Source of the DNA: Candidatus Halarchaeoplasma halalkaliphilum
GTDB taxonomy: Archaea > Thermoplasmatota > Thermoplasmata > Halarchaeoplasmatales > Halarchaeoplasmataceae
Length of the DNA: 42,314 nucleotides
Direction: 5' to 3'
Assembly (NCBI GenBank): GCA_007133925.1
Contig: SLLU01000038.1
Location: forward strand, 1-42,314
The notes beneath the pieces were generated by a model, which had not been told where the DNA came from, did no database searches, and saw only the letters and a program-made list of their open reading frames with translations. Of this stretch, positions 9,217-19,752 are shown piece by piece. Numbering within the stretch: the first letter of the stretch is position 1; each line of letters begins with the position of its first letter. Position numbers and translations under genes: made by a program.

Positions 9217-10002
9217 ATGAAAGCCACCCTGGTTCAGAAAAAACACATTCCGGGAGATAAGGAGCACAACCTGGATATCATATCTCAAGCGGCATCATCC
9301 GTGGATACGGACCTGCTTATATTCCCAGAGATGTTCCTCACCGGTTACTCACTTGGAGACGGCCTTTTCGAGATGGCGGAAACCATCCCCGGGCCTTCAT
9401 CCGATCTCATATCCCGCCTGTCCGTTGAGAACGATACCACCATTATATGCGGGATGCCCGAGAAGGAATCTCCAGGGAAGGGGCGGGTATTCAACTCGGC
9501 CCTTGTGACCACCCCCGAAGGGGATATACACAGTTACCGGAAGATACACCTCCCAAATTTCGGTCCTTTCCAGGATAAGCGATACTTCGAGGCGGGTGGC
9601 CAACCATCCCTGATCAGCACCCCGGCGGGAGACCTCGGTGTGATCATATGTTACGACATTTTTTTCCCTGAACTGAGCAAGTACTATGCCATGAATGGAG
9701 CGGACATCATAGTTTGCATCTCGGCATCTCCATCCACTACCCGTGTATTCTTCGAAAGGGTGATGTACGCCAGGGCCATCGAGAACACCTGTTTCTTGCT
9801 TTATTCCAATATGCTGGGAAGAGAAGAGCAGATGATGTTCTGGGGCGGTGCGACTGCCATATCACCCAAGGGTATCGAAATGGCAAAGGCCCCCTATTTC
9901 AGGGAATCCATACTGGATGTAGAATTGCACACGGATGCCGAGGTCGAAAAAGCGAGAAGGGGTCGTCCCGCATTGGACGATACCACCGATCTGTTCAGAT
10001 AA
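9217..10002 (+). CDS. Carbon-nitrogen hydrolase (nitrilase/amidase family)
   Basis: Glu-Lys-Cys triad motifs FPEM, YRKIHL, ICYDIFFPE, plus RAIEN. Start placed at ATG 9217. Confidence 0.92.
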   Translation: MKATLVQKKHIPGDKEHNLDIISQAASSVDTDLLIFPEMFLTGYSLGDGLFEMAETIPGPSSDLISRLSVENDTTIICGMPEKESPGKGRVFNSALVTTPEGDIHSYRKIHLPNFGPFQDKRYFEAGGQPSLISTPAGDLGVIICYDIFFPELSKYYAMNGADIIVCISASPSTTRVFFERVMYARAIENTCFLLYSNMLGREEQMMFWGGATAISPKGIEMAKAPYFRESILDVELHTDAEVEKARRGRPALDDTTDLFR

Positions 10003-10070
10003 TTGTACTTTTTGAGCCTTTACATGAAAAAGATTTAAAATCAACCTCGTGATATACCCCCTTGATTACC

Positions 10071-10328
10071 ATGTTAGAAGAAGTATCGGATATGATAGGT
10101 CTGCAGGTGTACACCAAGACGGGATTGTTCCTTGGCACTGTAAACAACCTAGTGATGGACTTGGAGGAAGGGAAACTCGACGGGATCTTCGTGGGAGATA
10201 CAAATCCCCTATTGGTGGAGGATTCCAAAAGCGTGAACGTTCCCTTCCGATGGGTCAGTGCCGTTGGGGATATAGTACTGCTGCGGTATTTCCCCAAGAG
10301 GGTATCGATTTCCAAACCAGGACAGTGA
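10071..10328 (+). CDS. PRC-barrel domain protein
   Basis: GLQVYTKTGLFLGTVNNLVMD...VPFRWVSAVGDIVLL is the typical archaeal PRC-barrel pattern. Confidence 0.85.
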   Translation: MLEEVSDMIGLQVYTKTGLFLGTVNNLVMDLEEGKLDGIFVGDTNPLLVEDSKSVNVPFRWVSAVGDIVLLRYFPKRVSISKPGQ

Positions 10329-10337
10329 GTTGTTTTC

Positions 10338-10847
10338 ATGACTGTCAAGGTACCGGCCTCGTGCTTCGTGGCCAATGATGCAATAATAATCGGAGATGTG
10401 TCTATGGGAGAGGGGTGTAGTGTCTGGTTCAAGGCAGTGATAAGAGGAGATCAGAATAGTATAGAGATCGGAGAGGGTACCAACATACAGGACTGTGCGG
10501 TGGTCCACGTGGATAACGAGCATCCTACCACTATAGGGAAGAACGTTTCAGTGGGGCACGGTGCAGTGGTACACGGATGCACCATAGGAGATCATGTTAT
10601 AGTTGGTATGAACTCAGCCATCCTGAGTGGAGCGAAGGTAGGGAAAGGGTGTATAATAGGGGCTAAAGCCCTGGTCACATCCACCATGGATATACCGGAC
10701 CACAGTTTGGTGGTAGGGGTTCCAGCTAAGGTGATAAAAACCGACGAAAAACTCATGGAAGCCATTAAGGGAAATGCAGAAAGGTACCATGATATGAGGG
10801 ACGCCTACAAAGCGGGTCGGTTCAAGCCCTATACACCGTTTGAGTGA
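10338..10847 (+). CDS. Gamma carbonic anhydrase-like hexapeptide-repeat protein
   Basis: IIGDV, VIRGD, NIQD..VVH, VGHGAVVHGC (three Zn-ligand His), GVPAK. Confidence 0.92.
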   Translation: MTVKVPASCFVANDAIIIGDVSMGEGCSVWFKAVIRGDQNSIEIGEGTNIQDCAVVHVDNEHPTTIGKNVSVGHGAVVHGCTIGDHVIVGMNSAILSGAKVGKGCIIGAKALVTSTMDIPDHSLVVGVPAKVIKTDEKLMEAIKGNAERYHDMRDAYKAGRFKPYTPFE

Positions 10848-11004
10848 AGAAAATTAATCCATCCAGGGCACCTAGGTACCAGAACATCGTCACTATCGTC
10901 AATACCAGTACTACCACGGCCAGTAATTTGATCAAGTGCCATACCAAGGATGCCATTAAAGCCACCACGAGGACCGCCAAGATCAGTATGACGAACAGAG
11001 ACAT
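10822..11004 (-). CDS. Small two-helix membrane protein (60 aa)
   Basis: Almost entirely hydrophobic ORF with an upstream TATATA box. It overlaps the 3' end of the convergent gene by 26 nt. Confidence 0.55.
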   Translation of the reverse strand: MSLFVILILAVLVVALMASLVWHLIKLLAVVVLVLTIVTMFWYLGALDGLIFFTQTVYRA

Positions 11005-11082
11005 GTTTTTGTAGCACTATTTTACGATATATACCTTACTGATATGTGCCGGATTTTTCCGACTGTTGTCAGACATTATTAC

Positions 11083-11100
11083 CCAAAACCTTTATTTAGA
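11083..11100 (+). promoter_or_regulatory. BRE-TATA promoter of the 11143 ORF
   Basis: CCAAAACCTTTATTTAGA, near-identical to the lonB promoter at 11560-11576. Confidence 0.55.
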
Positions 11101-11142
11101 CGAAAATGTATGTCATATATAGTGAAATCGTCAGACAAGTAG

Positions 11143-11406
11143 GTGTTAAGGATGGGATTCATAGGAAGCATAAAAAACAGGAACTGTGTGCTGGACGGGG
11201 ATAAGGATTCAGGCATCCCGGATTTGGTTACCGCTCTTTTAAAGGAAGACTACGATGTTGAGTATGTAACCCTGAGGAACGGCAGGAGGGAGATCAACCT
11301 GAAGAAGGACAGAAAGGGTATCTCCGTTCAGTACAGGGATGGCTCAGGCCATGGGGATCCAAGAGAGGATTTCAGGCTGACCATGGACCTTTTGCAAAAC
11401 AAATAA
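11143..11406 (+). CDS. Hypothetical protein (84-87 aa)
   Basis: Open frame with protein-like composition downstream of a TATA box. The start may be ATG 11152, preceded by AGGTG. Confidence 0.6.
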   Translation: MLRMGFIGSIKNRNCVLDGDKDSGIPDLVTALLKEDYDVEYVTLRNGRREINLKKDRKGISVQYRDGSGHGDPREDFRLTMDLLQNK

Positions 11407-11546
11407 GCGTCTTACTTTTGTCAGACATTTCTGCGATATCGATTAGAGAGAGAGGGGGAAGTTCGCCTATGACATCTATTCATGAGAATGGGGAAGATAT
11501 CTTCCTTTGATAATGTTTCCAGATACCCCGACACAACACCCATATA

Positions 11547-11602
11547 TTGACCAACTTGACCAAAACTTTATTTAGAACGGCGTTCCATCAAATCATGGTC
11601 AA
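11547..11602 (+). promoter_or_regulatory. lonB promoter with repeated TTGACCA elements
   Basis: TTGACCAA at 11547-11554 and 11556-11563, TTTATTTA TATA box at 11567-11574, inverted TGGTCAA at 11596-11602. Confidence 0.55.
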
Positions 11603-11605
11603 TCG

Positions 11606-13630
11606 GTGCTATCAATGACAGAAAAGGATGCCACAGACAGCGGAGTCGTCCGGAAAAATGAAACGTTGCCACCTGTGAACGAGTGGATAAAGGGGGTAGG
11701 GATCAAAACATCCAAGGACATACCAGTTCCCGAACTACTTGCGGAACAGGTGATAGGTCAGGACGAAGCTGTAAGCGTGGTTAAGAAAGCTGCAAAGCAG
11801 CACCGGCACGTCATGCTCATAGGGCCTCCAGGTACAGGTAAATCCATGTTGGCCCAGTCCATGATCGACTTTTTACCAGCCAGTGACATGGAGGATATAC
11901 TGTGCTTTCCCAACGAGGATGACGAGAACTGCCCAAAGGTAAGAACGGTGCCCGCAGGAAAGGGAAAGGATATCGTTGACGCCCACAGGAGAGAAGCATC
12001 CAAGAGAGTACAGGCCAAGAGCCAGGGTCTGCTTATCATACTGGCACTTGTGATAGGCGCGGCGGTCCTTATATCGATCTTAACTGGTAATTTTCTAATC
12101 ATGTTCTTCGGAATAATCGCAGCGGCCATGCTGCTCATTGCCATGCGCGCTTCTCCCCTGGGAATGGGGAACGAGATGGAAAAGCAAGTACCGAAGCTGC
12201 TAATTGGTCACAAACCCGGTGACAAGCCACCCTTCATCGACGCTACAGGGAGTCAGGCCGGAGCGCTCTTGGGGGATGTTAAGCACGATCCGTTCCAGAG
12301 CGGAGGCCTGGAAACACCTTCCCATCAAAGGGTCGAAGTTGGTGCCATACACGAAGCTCACAAAGGAGTTCTTTTCATAGATGAGATTAACATGCTCCGT
12401 ATGTCATCCCAGCAGAGCCTTCTCACGGCCATGCAAGAAAGAAGGTTCTCGATAACAGGCCAGAGTGAAAGGAGCAGTGGAGCCATGGTCAAATCCGAGG
12501 CGGTCCCCACGGACTTCATACTTGTGGCCGCGGGAAATCTAGATTCCATATACGGTTCACCGGAGACCGCAGGAGGTATGCATCCTGCCCTGCGCTCCAG
12601 GGTGAGGGGTTACGGATACGAGGTATATGTGAACGACACCATGGATGATACCCACAGTAATCGCATGAAGCTTCTGCGCTTCATAGCCCAGGAGATAGAA
12701 AAGGACAAGAAAAAGATACCTCACTTCTCCCCAAAGGCCATGGCAGAGGTACTCAGGGAGGCCCAAAGGAGGGCGAACAAACGGGGTGAACTCACACTGA
12801 GGCTCAGGGAGCTTGGAGGATTGGTCAGAGTCTCCGGGGATCTGGCATCCGAAAGGGGACATAAGATGGTGGTCGAGCAGGATGTTGTTGATGCAAAGAA
12901 TATCGCCCGTTCCCTGGAACAACAAGTGGCGGACAGGTATATCAAAAGGAGAAAGGAATACAGCACTTACCAAACCAGAGGTTCAGTGGTGGGCGTGGTC
13001 AATGGTCTGGCTGCCCTAGGAGGCGATCAGGCAGGTATATCAGAGTACTCAGGGATACTGCTGCCCATTGCGGCCGAGGTGACGCCCGCACACTCCCGGG
13101 ACGAGGGGAAGATAGTGGCCACCGGGAAACTGGGGGATATAGCAAAAGAGGCAGTGCAGAACGTTTCCGCCCTTGTGAAGAAGTACACAGGAGAGGACAT
13201 ATCCCGATACGATGTCCACATACAGTTCATAGGTACACAGGAGGGGGTGGAAGGGGATTCCGCCTCAATATCCGTTGCCACAGCGGTGATATCGGCCCTG
13301 GAGGGCATACCCATTGACCAGAACGTAGCCATGACCGGTTCATTGAGCGTTAGAGGACAGGTACTGCCAGTGGGAGCGGTAACGGCAAAGATAGAGGCAG
13401 CTGCGGAGACTGGTATCAAACGGGTGATCATACCCAAGACCAACCTAAGAGATGTGGTTCTCGAGAAAAGGTATGAGGGTAAGATAGAGATAATACCTGT
13501 TGACAACCTGGGAGAGGTACTCGATAATGCACTCATAGGGGAGAACAAAAAGAAACTCCTGGAAAAACTGACTTCACTGCTCGAGATAAAGACCATACAC
13601 ATACCCGCGGACCAGCCCGCTATCCATTGA
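11606..13630 (+). CDS. lonB: Archaeal membrane-anchored ATP-dependent Lon protease (LonB)
   Basis: QVIGQ, Walker A GPPGTGKS, two transmembrane helices inserted in the AAA+ domain, Walker B LFIDE, HPALRSR, catalytic GDSAS with downstream Lys. The start may be ATG 11615. Confidence 0.96.
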   Translation: MLSMTEKDATDSGVVRKNETLPPVNEWIKGVGIKTSKDIPVPELLAEQVIGQDEAVSVVKKAAKQHRHVMLIGPPGTGKSMLAQSMIDFLPASDMEDILCFPNEDDENCPKVRTVPAGKGKDIVDAHRREASKRVQAKSQGLLIILALVIGAAVLISILTGNFLIMFFGIIAAAMLLIAMRASPLGMGNEMEKQVPKLLIGHKPGDKPPFIDATGSQAGALLGDVKHDPFQSGGLETPSHQRVEVGAIHEAHKGVLFIDEINMLRMSSQQSLLTAMQERRFSITGQSERSSGAMVKSEAVPTDFILVAAGNLDSIYGSPETAGGMHPALRSRVRGYGYEVYVNDTMDDTHSNRMKLLRFIAQEIEKDKKKIPHFSPKAMAEVLREAQRRANKRGELTLRLRELGGLVRVSGDLASERGHKMVVEQDVVDAKNIARSLEQQVADRYIKRRKEYSTYQTRGSVVGVVNGLAALGGDQAGISEYSGILLPIAAEVTPAHSRDEGKIVATGKLGDIAKEAVQNVSALVKKYTGEDISRYDVHIQFIGTQEGVEGDSASISVATAVISALEGIPIDQNVAMTGSLSVRGQVLPVGAVTAKIEAAAETGIKRVIIPKTNLRDVVLEKRYEGKIEIIPVDNLGEVLDNALIGENKKKLLEKLTSLLEIKTIHIPADQPAIH

Positions 13631-13643
13631 TGGTGATTGGGAT

Positions 13644-16394
13644 TTGGGTGCTTTTGATCTACTTTCCGGAGATATTCACCATATCCTGACGGAACTGGGT
13701 ATAGAATCCGAAACCCGGGCCCAGGAGGAAGCCATACCATACATAATGAAGGGAGAACATACGCTGGTGATAGCTCCCACGGGAGTGGGGAAGACCGAAG
13801 CCGCACTTCTGCCTCTCCTGGAGAAACTCAGAAAAGAGAAAAAACCCGGTTTCCGGCTTCTGTATATAACACCCCTGAAAGCGCTCAACAGGGACATGGT
13901 GAGGAGGATCCAGTTCTTCGCGGATCGACTGGATATGACCGTATCGGTACGGCACGGGGATACCTCAAAGGCCGAACGTGCCAAGCAGTCCCGGTCTCCT
14001 CCCGATGTACTGATCACTACCCCCGAAACCCTCCAGATCATGTTCACCGGACACCTTCTGAGAAAGGCCCTTGGTAGGGTGGAGTACGTTGTGGTGGACG
14101 AGCTTAATGAACTTGCCTCCGACGAGAGGGGCAGTCAGCTCGCCCTTGCTCTGGAGAGACTGGTGGAACTGACCGGTAAGAGATTCCAACGTGTTGGGCT
14201 TTCCGCTACGGTTGGGAGTCCCGAAAAGGTGTTGAATTTCCTTGTGGGAACCCAGGGAGAGGGAAAGATCGTGGAGATATCGGGAAAGGGCAGCACCGAG
14301 ATCCGAGTGGTGTACCCCTTACCGGAAGATGGGGATAAGGAACTGGCAGAGATCATGCGATGCGAGCTTGAAGGGGCCTCTACTGTGAGGATATGTCGAG
14401 AGCTCATAGACGCACACCTCTCGGTACTGATATTCGTGAATACCCGGGATTCGGCTGAAGCCTTGACTTCCCGCTTCCACCTGTGGTTACCGGATTTCCC
14501 CTTGGGCGTTCACCATGGCTCTTTATCCAGAGAAGCGAGGATGGATGCCGAGGAACGTTTCAAAAAGGGTGAATTGAAGGCCCTTGTTTGCACTTCTTCC
14601 ATGGAGTTGGGTCTGGATATGGGGGATACGGACCTGGTCATACAGTATCAATCTCCAAGGCAGGTCACACGGATGGTGCAGAGGGTGGGCCGTTCCGGAC
14701 ACCGCATAGGTTTGACCTCAAAGGGGGTTATAGTGGTAACACCAGAGGATGAGATAGGGGAATCAGTGGTCATCGCAGAGGGTACACTGGAAAGGGACCT
14801 GGAATCCACCGAGATACCCCAGAAGCCCATGAGCGTCCTGGCAAACCAGCTCATATCCGCGGTTAACTCCGAGAGAAGGTTGGACATGAGAAAATTTTTT
14901 GATATGGCCAGGAGGGCATATCCCTTCAGAGAACTCACATGGGACGAATACGTCGAAATGGTTGAGCAACTCCAGGAGATCAGGGTGCTGTGGAAGGAAG
15001 GAGAAGAAGTGGGAAAACGCCGGGCATCCCTTAGATATTTCTACGATAACATTTCAATGATACCTGACGAGAAGACTTTCCTTCTGAAAGATATATCCAA
15101 GAACTCATTGGTGGGTACCCTGGACGAGAGTTTCGTGGCCAGCAACATCGAACTCGGAGGGGTGATCACCCTACAAGGAAGGGCATGGAGGGTGGTTGAC
15201 ATAGACGAGGATACGGTCATAGCTCATCCGGTATCGGACCAGGGAAAGATACCGGACTGGTCAGGCGAGGATATACCTGTCCCCTTCCATATAGCAAGGA
15301 GGGTAGGTGAACTGCGTCGGAAGGGAATCCACGACCATCAGTTAATGGAAAAAGGAGCGGAAGATCGTTTTATGGAATATCTGGTATCCCAGCCTCCATA
15401 TCCCATGGGTACCGGGGATACAATAGTCATAGAGACCGGATCAGATACCGTAGTGGTAAACGCATGCTTCGGAAGCAGGGTTAACGAGACCCTGGGGCGC
15501 TTGATCGCCGCACTGCTCTCCGCCCGGTTGGGTGAAAGCGTCGCGGTGCACACTGACCCCTACAGGGTGATGCTCAAGGTTCCCAGGAGGGTACCCCCGG
15601 CCATGGTGGAGGATATATTGAAGAAAACAAAGCCCGAACACCTGGAGGATATCCTCCGTATGGCCATAAAGCGGTCTCCCTTTTTCAGGTGGAGATTTCT
15701 TCATGTTGCAAAAAAATTCGGAGCGGTAAGAAAGGATGTTGATTACCGTTCCCTGGCCCTGGACCGTCTCATGGAAACCTTCGAGAACACTGTGATGTAC
15801 CAGGAAGCCCTGGACAAGGTATTCAGGGATAATCTCAGCATAGAGAAAACAAAAATGGTCCTAGAGCATATATCCAATGGAGACATGTCCGTTGTGATCT
15901 CCACCTCCGGATTGTCACCCGTGGGGAGAGCCGGACTGGAAAAAAACATGGAACTCATGGACACCAGCAGCGTGAGCCAGGCAGTCCTGGATTCCTACAA
16001 AAAAAGACTCGAGGGAGAGACCCTTATCCTTAAATGTCTTAAATGTGGGAGCGAAAGGAGGCGAATGGTAAGGGACATAGACAAACCGCGATGTCATCTC
16101 TGCGGAGCATCCATGGTCTCTCTCCTGAACAGGTATCACGACGCATCCCTGTTGAAAAAAGACCCTATGGACCTGGATGCGGATGAAAGAAGGAAGGTGA
16201 AGGAATTCTACAAGCTCGCTGATCTGGGCAGGGTTTACAGGAACAAAGCGGCCTTAGCTCTGGCGGCTAGGGGTGTCGGGCATGACAAAGCCGCCAGGAT
16301 ACTGGCAAGGGAACACAGAGACGAGGCCGAATTTCTCAAAGCACTCCTGGAAGCGGAGATACTCTATGCCCGGACGAAACGCTTCTGGGATTGA
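13644..16394 (+). CDS. lhr: Lhr-like ATP-dependent SF2 helicase (archaeal)
   Basis: APTGVGKT, YITPLKALNRD, RHGDT, ITTPETL, VVDELNE (DExH variant), LSAT, HHGSLS, QRVGRSGH, C-terminal CxxC...CxxC and terminal RFWD. Confidence 0.92.
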   Translation: MGAFDLLSGDIHHILTELGIESETRAQEEAIPYIMKGEHTLVIAPTGVGKTEAALLPLLEKLRKEKKPGFRLLYITPLKALNRDMVRRIQFFADRLDMTVSVRHGDTSKAERAKQSRSPPDVLITTPETLQIMFTGHLLRKALGRVEYVVVDELNELASDERGSQLALALERLVELTGKRFQRVGLSATVGSPEKVLNFLVGTQGEGKIVEISGKGSTEIRVVYPLPEDGDKELAEIMRCELEGASTVRICRELIDAHLSVLIFVNTRDSAEALTSRFHLWLPDFPLGVHHGSLSREARMDAEERFKKGELKALVCTSSMELGLDMGDTDLVIQYQSPRQVTRMVQRVGRSGHRIGLTSKGVIVVTPEDEIGESVVIAEGTLERDLESTEIPQKPMSVLANQLISAVNSERRLDMRKFFDMARRAYPFRELTWDEYVEMVEQLQEIRVLWKEGEEVGKRRASLRYFYDNISMIPDEKTFLLKDISKNSLVGTLDESFVASNIELGGVITLQGRAWRVVDIDEDTVIAHPVSDQGKIPDWSGEDIPVPFHIARRVGELRRKGIHDHQLMEKGAEDRFMEYLVSQPPYPMGTGDTIVIETGSDTVVVNACFGSRVNETLGRLIAALLSARLGESVAVHTDPYRVMLKVPRRVPPAMVEDILKKTKPEHLEDILRMAIKRSPFFRWRFLHVAKKFGAVRKDVDYRSLALDRLMETFENTVMYQEALDKVFRDNLSIEKTKMVLEHISNGDMSVVISTSGLSPVGRAGLEKNMELMDTSSVSQAVLDSYKKRLEGETLILKCLKCGSERRRMVRDIDKPRCHLCGASMVSLLNRYHDASLLKKDPMDLDADERRKVKEFYKLADLGRVYRNKAALALAARGVGHDKAARILAREHRDEAEFLKALLEAEILYARTKRFWD

Positions 16395-16529
16395 TTTATT
16401 TGCGATGTGTTTAAATATATTCGGAGGTGTCTAAGCATCATGTTATTCGAAAATTGTACCAAAGTATATATACAGGTTATTACGAATAACCCTATAAGTC
16501 GTTCCATTTATACCCCCGAGGAATAATTC

Positions 16530-19106
16530 ATGGATGAAAACAATAAAGAAACCATGGAAAAGGAGATAGCATCCTTGATGACGGTTCCCTCCATAGGCGA
16601 ACTGACTGCCCGAGCATTGATCAAAGGAGGTTTTAATGACATCGGATCAATTGAAGAGGCAGGTTTTGAAAAAATCAGCAAGCTGGAAGGCATGGGTGAG
16701 AACAAGGCAAAAGGGATACTGGATGAGATAAGGGGGATCATACCCGGTTCCGCGGATGTGAGCGCAGAGTTCATTTGCCCAGGGTGTGGTGCCATTTTAA
16801 GTCTAAACTCGGAGATGTGCCCAGAGTGCGACGCGAGTTACTCCACGGAGGAGGAGGTGTTCCTACCGGGAGGTATACTCCTTGATGATCCTTTGGAAAC
16901 CCTTTCTGAATATGATGTAAAGATCACCGACGGGGAGGATGACGAAGATGTGTGGTTCGGACGTGGTGCTATACTGGAATGTATGGGAGCCTACGAAGCA
17001 GCCTACGAATCCTTCGATATGGTTATCGAATTCGATCCGTTGTACGATCAGATCTGGAACGCACGAGCCCGGCTTGCCATGAAGCTAGGAAAGATAGAAG
17101 AAGCTGCCAGAGCATACAAGCTTGTCGTGAACTCCAAGATGGAAGGGTTGGAAGTTCTCCAGAACATGTATTTCGGTGGACAGGACGAAGAGGATATACC
17201 AAAAAAGGTACATTCCATAGAGGCCGAGGTGGTGGAACAATCCCTGGCAAAGGCACGGAGGGAGATATCAGATCTGAAAGGAAAAACGGAATATGTGGAT
17301 AATCTGCAAGATATACTGGGTGAAGCTTCCAAGGCACGTAACGTGGACGATCGGGAAAAAGCGGTGGAATTGGCTAATGAGGTTACGGATAAGATCGCAG
17401 CTCTCAAAGAGACACTGCCACTATTGGAAGAGATCCAGGAAAAACTGGCGCTATTCGAAGATGACGAGAAGAATCTGGAGATGTTCTACAACAGATTCCA
17501 GGAATTGATACAGGGTATACAGGAAGGTTTGTTCACGGAGATGGTTGAAAAGGCGAAGGGTATCCATGGAGATATGAGCGAACTGCTGCAGGATGGAAGC
17601 ACCGTGGAGGAGGCTGCGAAACCCGAGATCACACTCAAAGAAGATATCGTTGAGGAAGATAGTCTGCCCGAAGAGGAAACAGGAGTGGAAGAACCGCTAT
17701 CCGAACCAGAAACAGAGGCGGAAGAACCAATACCAGAACAGGAAACAGAAGTGGAAGAACCACTACCCGAACAGGAAACAGAGACTGCAGATGAATTCCA
17801 TGACGCTCTGGAGGATGCCAGGAAGTTACAGGAAGAAACCGATGAATACATAGCCGAACAAAAATCCTTGACAGATGTGGAGACACCGGAACAGATCACC
17901 CAAGGTTTATCTGAAGCGGAGTTGGAGGAGGTCCTTTCCGATGCTAGGAACGCCCTGGCCGAGGCAAGAGACACCGGTCTCAGGCTGGATAATATTAAAA
18001 CCACTCTCAAAGCGGCTTTGGAGTTAAAAAATGAAGGAGCCCTTGAAGAAGCCAGGGAAAGGATGGAACAGGTCATCAATGACTCAAAGTTGGTTACAGA
18101 TATATTCGGGATACTCGAATGGGGGAAAAAATACGTTATGCGTATGAAAGATTCTGATATGGAGTTTAAACTTCATCTCAACAAGCTTAAGGAAATAAAG
18201 GCCCTTGGCGACCAAGGGGATTACCAGGACGCAATATCCCAGGGAGAAATAGCTCTCAGAGATATGAGGAATATTCTGGGTATAGAAGAAGAGGAGGAGA
18301 TGCAGTATCCGAGACCCGAGCAGGGGGATGTGTCAGATGGAGAGAAGGAAAAAAACCTCAAGAAGGGTATAGAGGATTTGAAAAAACTCATAGTATTGGC
18401 AAGGACCAACCATATGGATGTGACCAAGGTGGGTGAGCTGATCAACTCAGCCATGATATCCGCCAACAAAGAGTCTTACGAGGAGGCGATCTACTTCATG
18501 AAAGAAGGAACCGTTCGCATGAAGGAACAGATAGATGAATTCCTTTCTGAGAAGATCCAGTATCTGGAAAATATGATGGAGAGACCCGATGAGGATGGGT
18601 TAATGAAAGAATGCCCGAAATATCTGGAATCCGCCCGTAAGGCCTGGGAATCCGGGGAATACGATTCCGCCATCGAACAAGTGAAGAAAGGGCAAAAATT
18701 ATGCGAGGCGGCTAAAACCCCCGTGGACGTGGCCAGGGACAAGATAAAAGAACTGGAGCAGCTGGTGGAGGATGCGGAATTCATAGGGATGGACATGAAA
18801 AAAGAACGCAGGATCCTCCATGATGCCATGGGGAACATAGAAAGTGCTCCAACTGACGATGCCATGGCCAAGGCCCTGAAGACGGAGGTCGAGAGGGAAA
18901 TAATGAAAGATTTGCCAGATAAGCTTAAGGTAGCCATGAAAAATGCCCAGAAGGACCTCCAGGATGCAAAGGTTTCAGGAAAGAACATCTCCAATCAGAT
19001 CTACCTTTTAAAGCAAGTGAATATCGACGCAAAAGAAGAAAACATCATAAAAAGCGTCAAATACCTCAAAAAATACAAAAATGATATGCGCGATATGGCG
19101 GAATGA
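16530..19106 (+). CDS. Large acidic protein: N-terminal helix-hairpin-helix, double CxxC zinc ribbon, TPR repeats, long alpha-helical region
   Basis: VPSIGELTARAL and LEGMGENKAKGI (HhH); CPGC...CPEC; WFGRGAILECMGAYEAAYESFD (TPR). Very Glu-rich. Confidence 0.75.
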   Translation: MDENNKETMEKEIASLMTVPSIGELTARALIKGGFNDIGSIEEAGFEKISKLEGMGENKAKGILDEIRGIIPGSADVSAEFICPGCGAILSLNSEMCPECDASYSTEEEVFLPGGILLDDPLETLSEYDVKITDGEDDEDVWFGRGAILECMGAYEAAYESFDMVIEFDPLYDQIWNARARLAMKLGKIEEAARAYKLVVNSKMEGLEVLQNMYFGGQDEEDIPKKVHSIEAEVVEQSLAKARREISDLKGKTEYVDNLQDILGEASKARNVDDREKAVELANEVTDKIAALKETLPLLEEIQEKLALFEDDEKNLEMFYNRFQELIQGIQEGLFTEMVEKAKGIHGDMSELLQDGSTVEEAAKPEITLKEDIVEEDSLPEEETGVEEPLSEPETEAEEPIPEQETEVEEPLPEQETETADEFHDALEDARKLQEETDEYIAEQKSLTDVETPEQITQGLSEAELEEVLSDARNALAEARDTGLRLDNIKTTLKAALELKNEGALEEARERMEQVINDSKLVTDIFGILEWGKKYVMRMKDSDMEFKLHLNKLKEIKALGDQGDYQDAISQGEIALRDMRNILGIEEEEEMQYPRPEQGDVSDGEKEKNLKKGIEDLKKLIVLARTNHMDVTKVGELINSAMISANKESYEEAIYFMKEGTVRMKEQIDEFLSEKIQYLENMMERPDEDGLMKECPKYLESARKAWESGEYDSAIEQVKKGQKLCEAAKTPVDVARDKIKELEQLVEDAEFIGMDMKKERRILHDAMGNIESAPTDDAMAKALKTEVEREIMKDLPDKLKVAMKNAQKDLQDAKVSGKNISNQIYLLKQVNIDAKEENIIKSVKYLKKYKNDMRDMAE
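17655..17786 (+). repeat. Four in-frame 33-bp tandem repeats (EEPLPEQETEV-like)
   Basis: Units start at 17655, 17688, 17721 and 17754, e.g. GAAGAACCAATACCAGAACAGGAAACAGAAGTG and GAAGAACCACTACCCGAACAGGAAACAGAGACT. Confidence 0.85.
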
Positions 19107-19109
19107 CTT

Positions 19110-19709
19110 TTGAATAGATCGGATTCAATCATCATAAAGGAAAATGAGAGGGTGTATTCACCCGACGATGATACTCATCTACTACTTGATGTGGTCGATG
19201 TGGATGAGGGGGAGGATGTATTGGAGATCGGATGCGGCACGGGGATCATATCACTACATTGTGCAAAGCAAGGTGCCAATGTGACCGCGGTTGACCTGAA
19301 TGAGGAAGCGGTGCGGCTCACGAAGTTGAACGCCGAGCTCAACGATATAACTCTCACGGACGTGCGCTGGAGTGATATGTTCCTGAATATCGAAGGTTTG
19401 TGGGATGTGATCCTTTTCAACCCACCCTATTTACCCGCCATCAAAGGTGAGCCTCTGGATCCCAGATGGGACGGTGGGGAATTGGGGGACGAGACCGTCG
19501 TCAGATTTCTTGAAGAGGCATTTTCCCGCCTCCGTCCCGGAGGACGGGTCTATTTTTGCTGTTCTGACAGAGCGCCCCTTACCAGGATATTCAATACCGT
19601 GGAAATGGGATACGTCATGGTTGAGCAACGGGAAAAGACCTTTGACTTCGAAACCATATACGCTTTTTCCCTGGTAGCCGCGAACACACCCCAAACGGGT
19701 CTCTTTTGA
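19110..19709 (+). CDS. HemK2/Mtq2-family (release factor glutamine) methyltransferase
   Basis: VYSPDDDT, LEIGCGTG, FNPPYLP, WDGG. Confidence 0.88.
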   Translation: MNRSDSIIIKENERVYSPDDDTHLLLDVVDVDEGEDVLEIGCGTGIISLHCAKQGANVTAVDLNEEAVRLTKLNAELNDITLTDVRWSDMFLNIEGLWDVILFNPPYLPAIKGEPLDPRWDGGELGDETVVRFLEEAFSRLRPGGRVYFCCSDRAPLTRIFNTVEMGYVMVEQREKTFDFETIYAFSLVAANTPQTGLF

Positions 19710-19752
19710 GAAGAGGGTAAACAAATAAATATATGTGATGAGATTGGTTGTA

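Noticed and set aside
17655..17786. 33-bp periodic repeat as a possible CRISPR array
   Set aside because: Units are adjacent with no unique spacers, degenerate at the codon level and in frame within a CDS. No cas genes are present.
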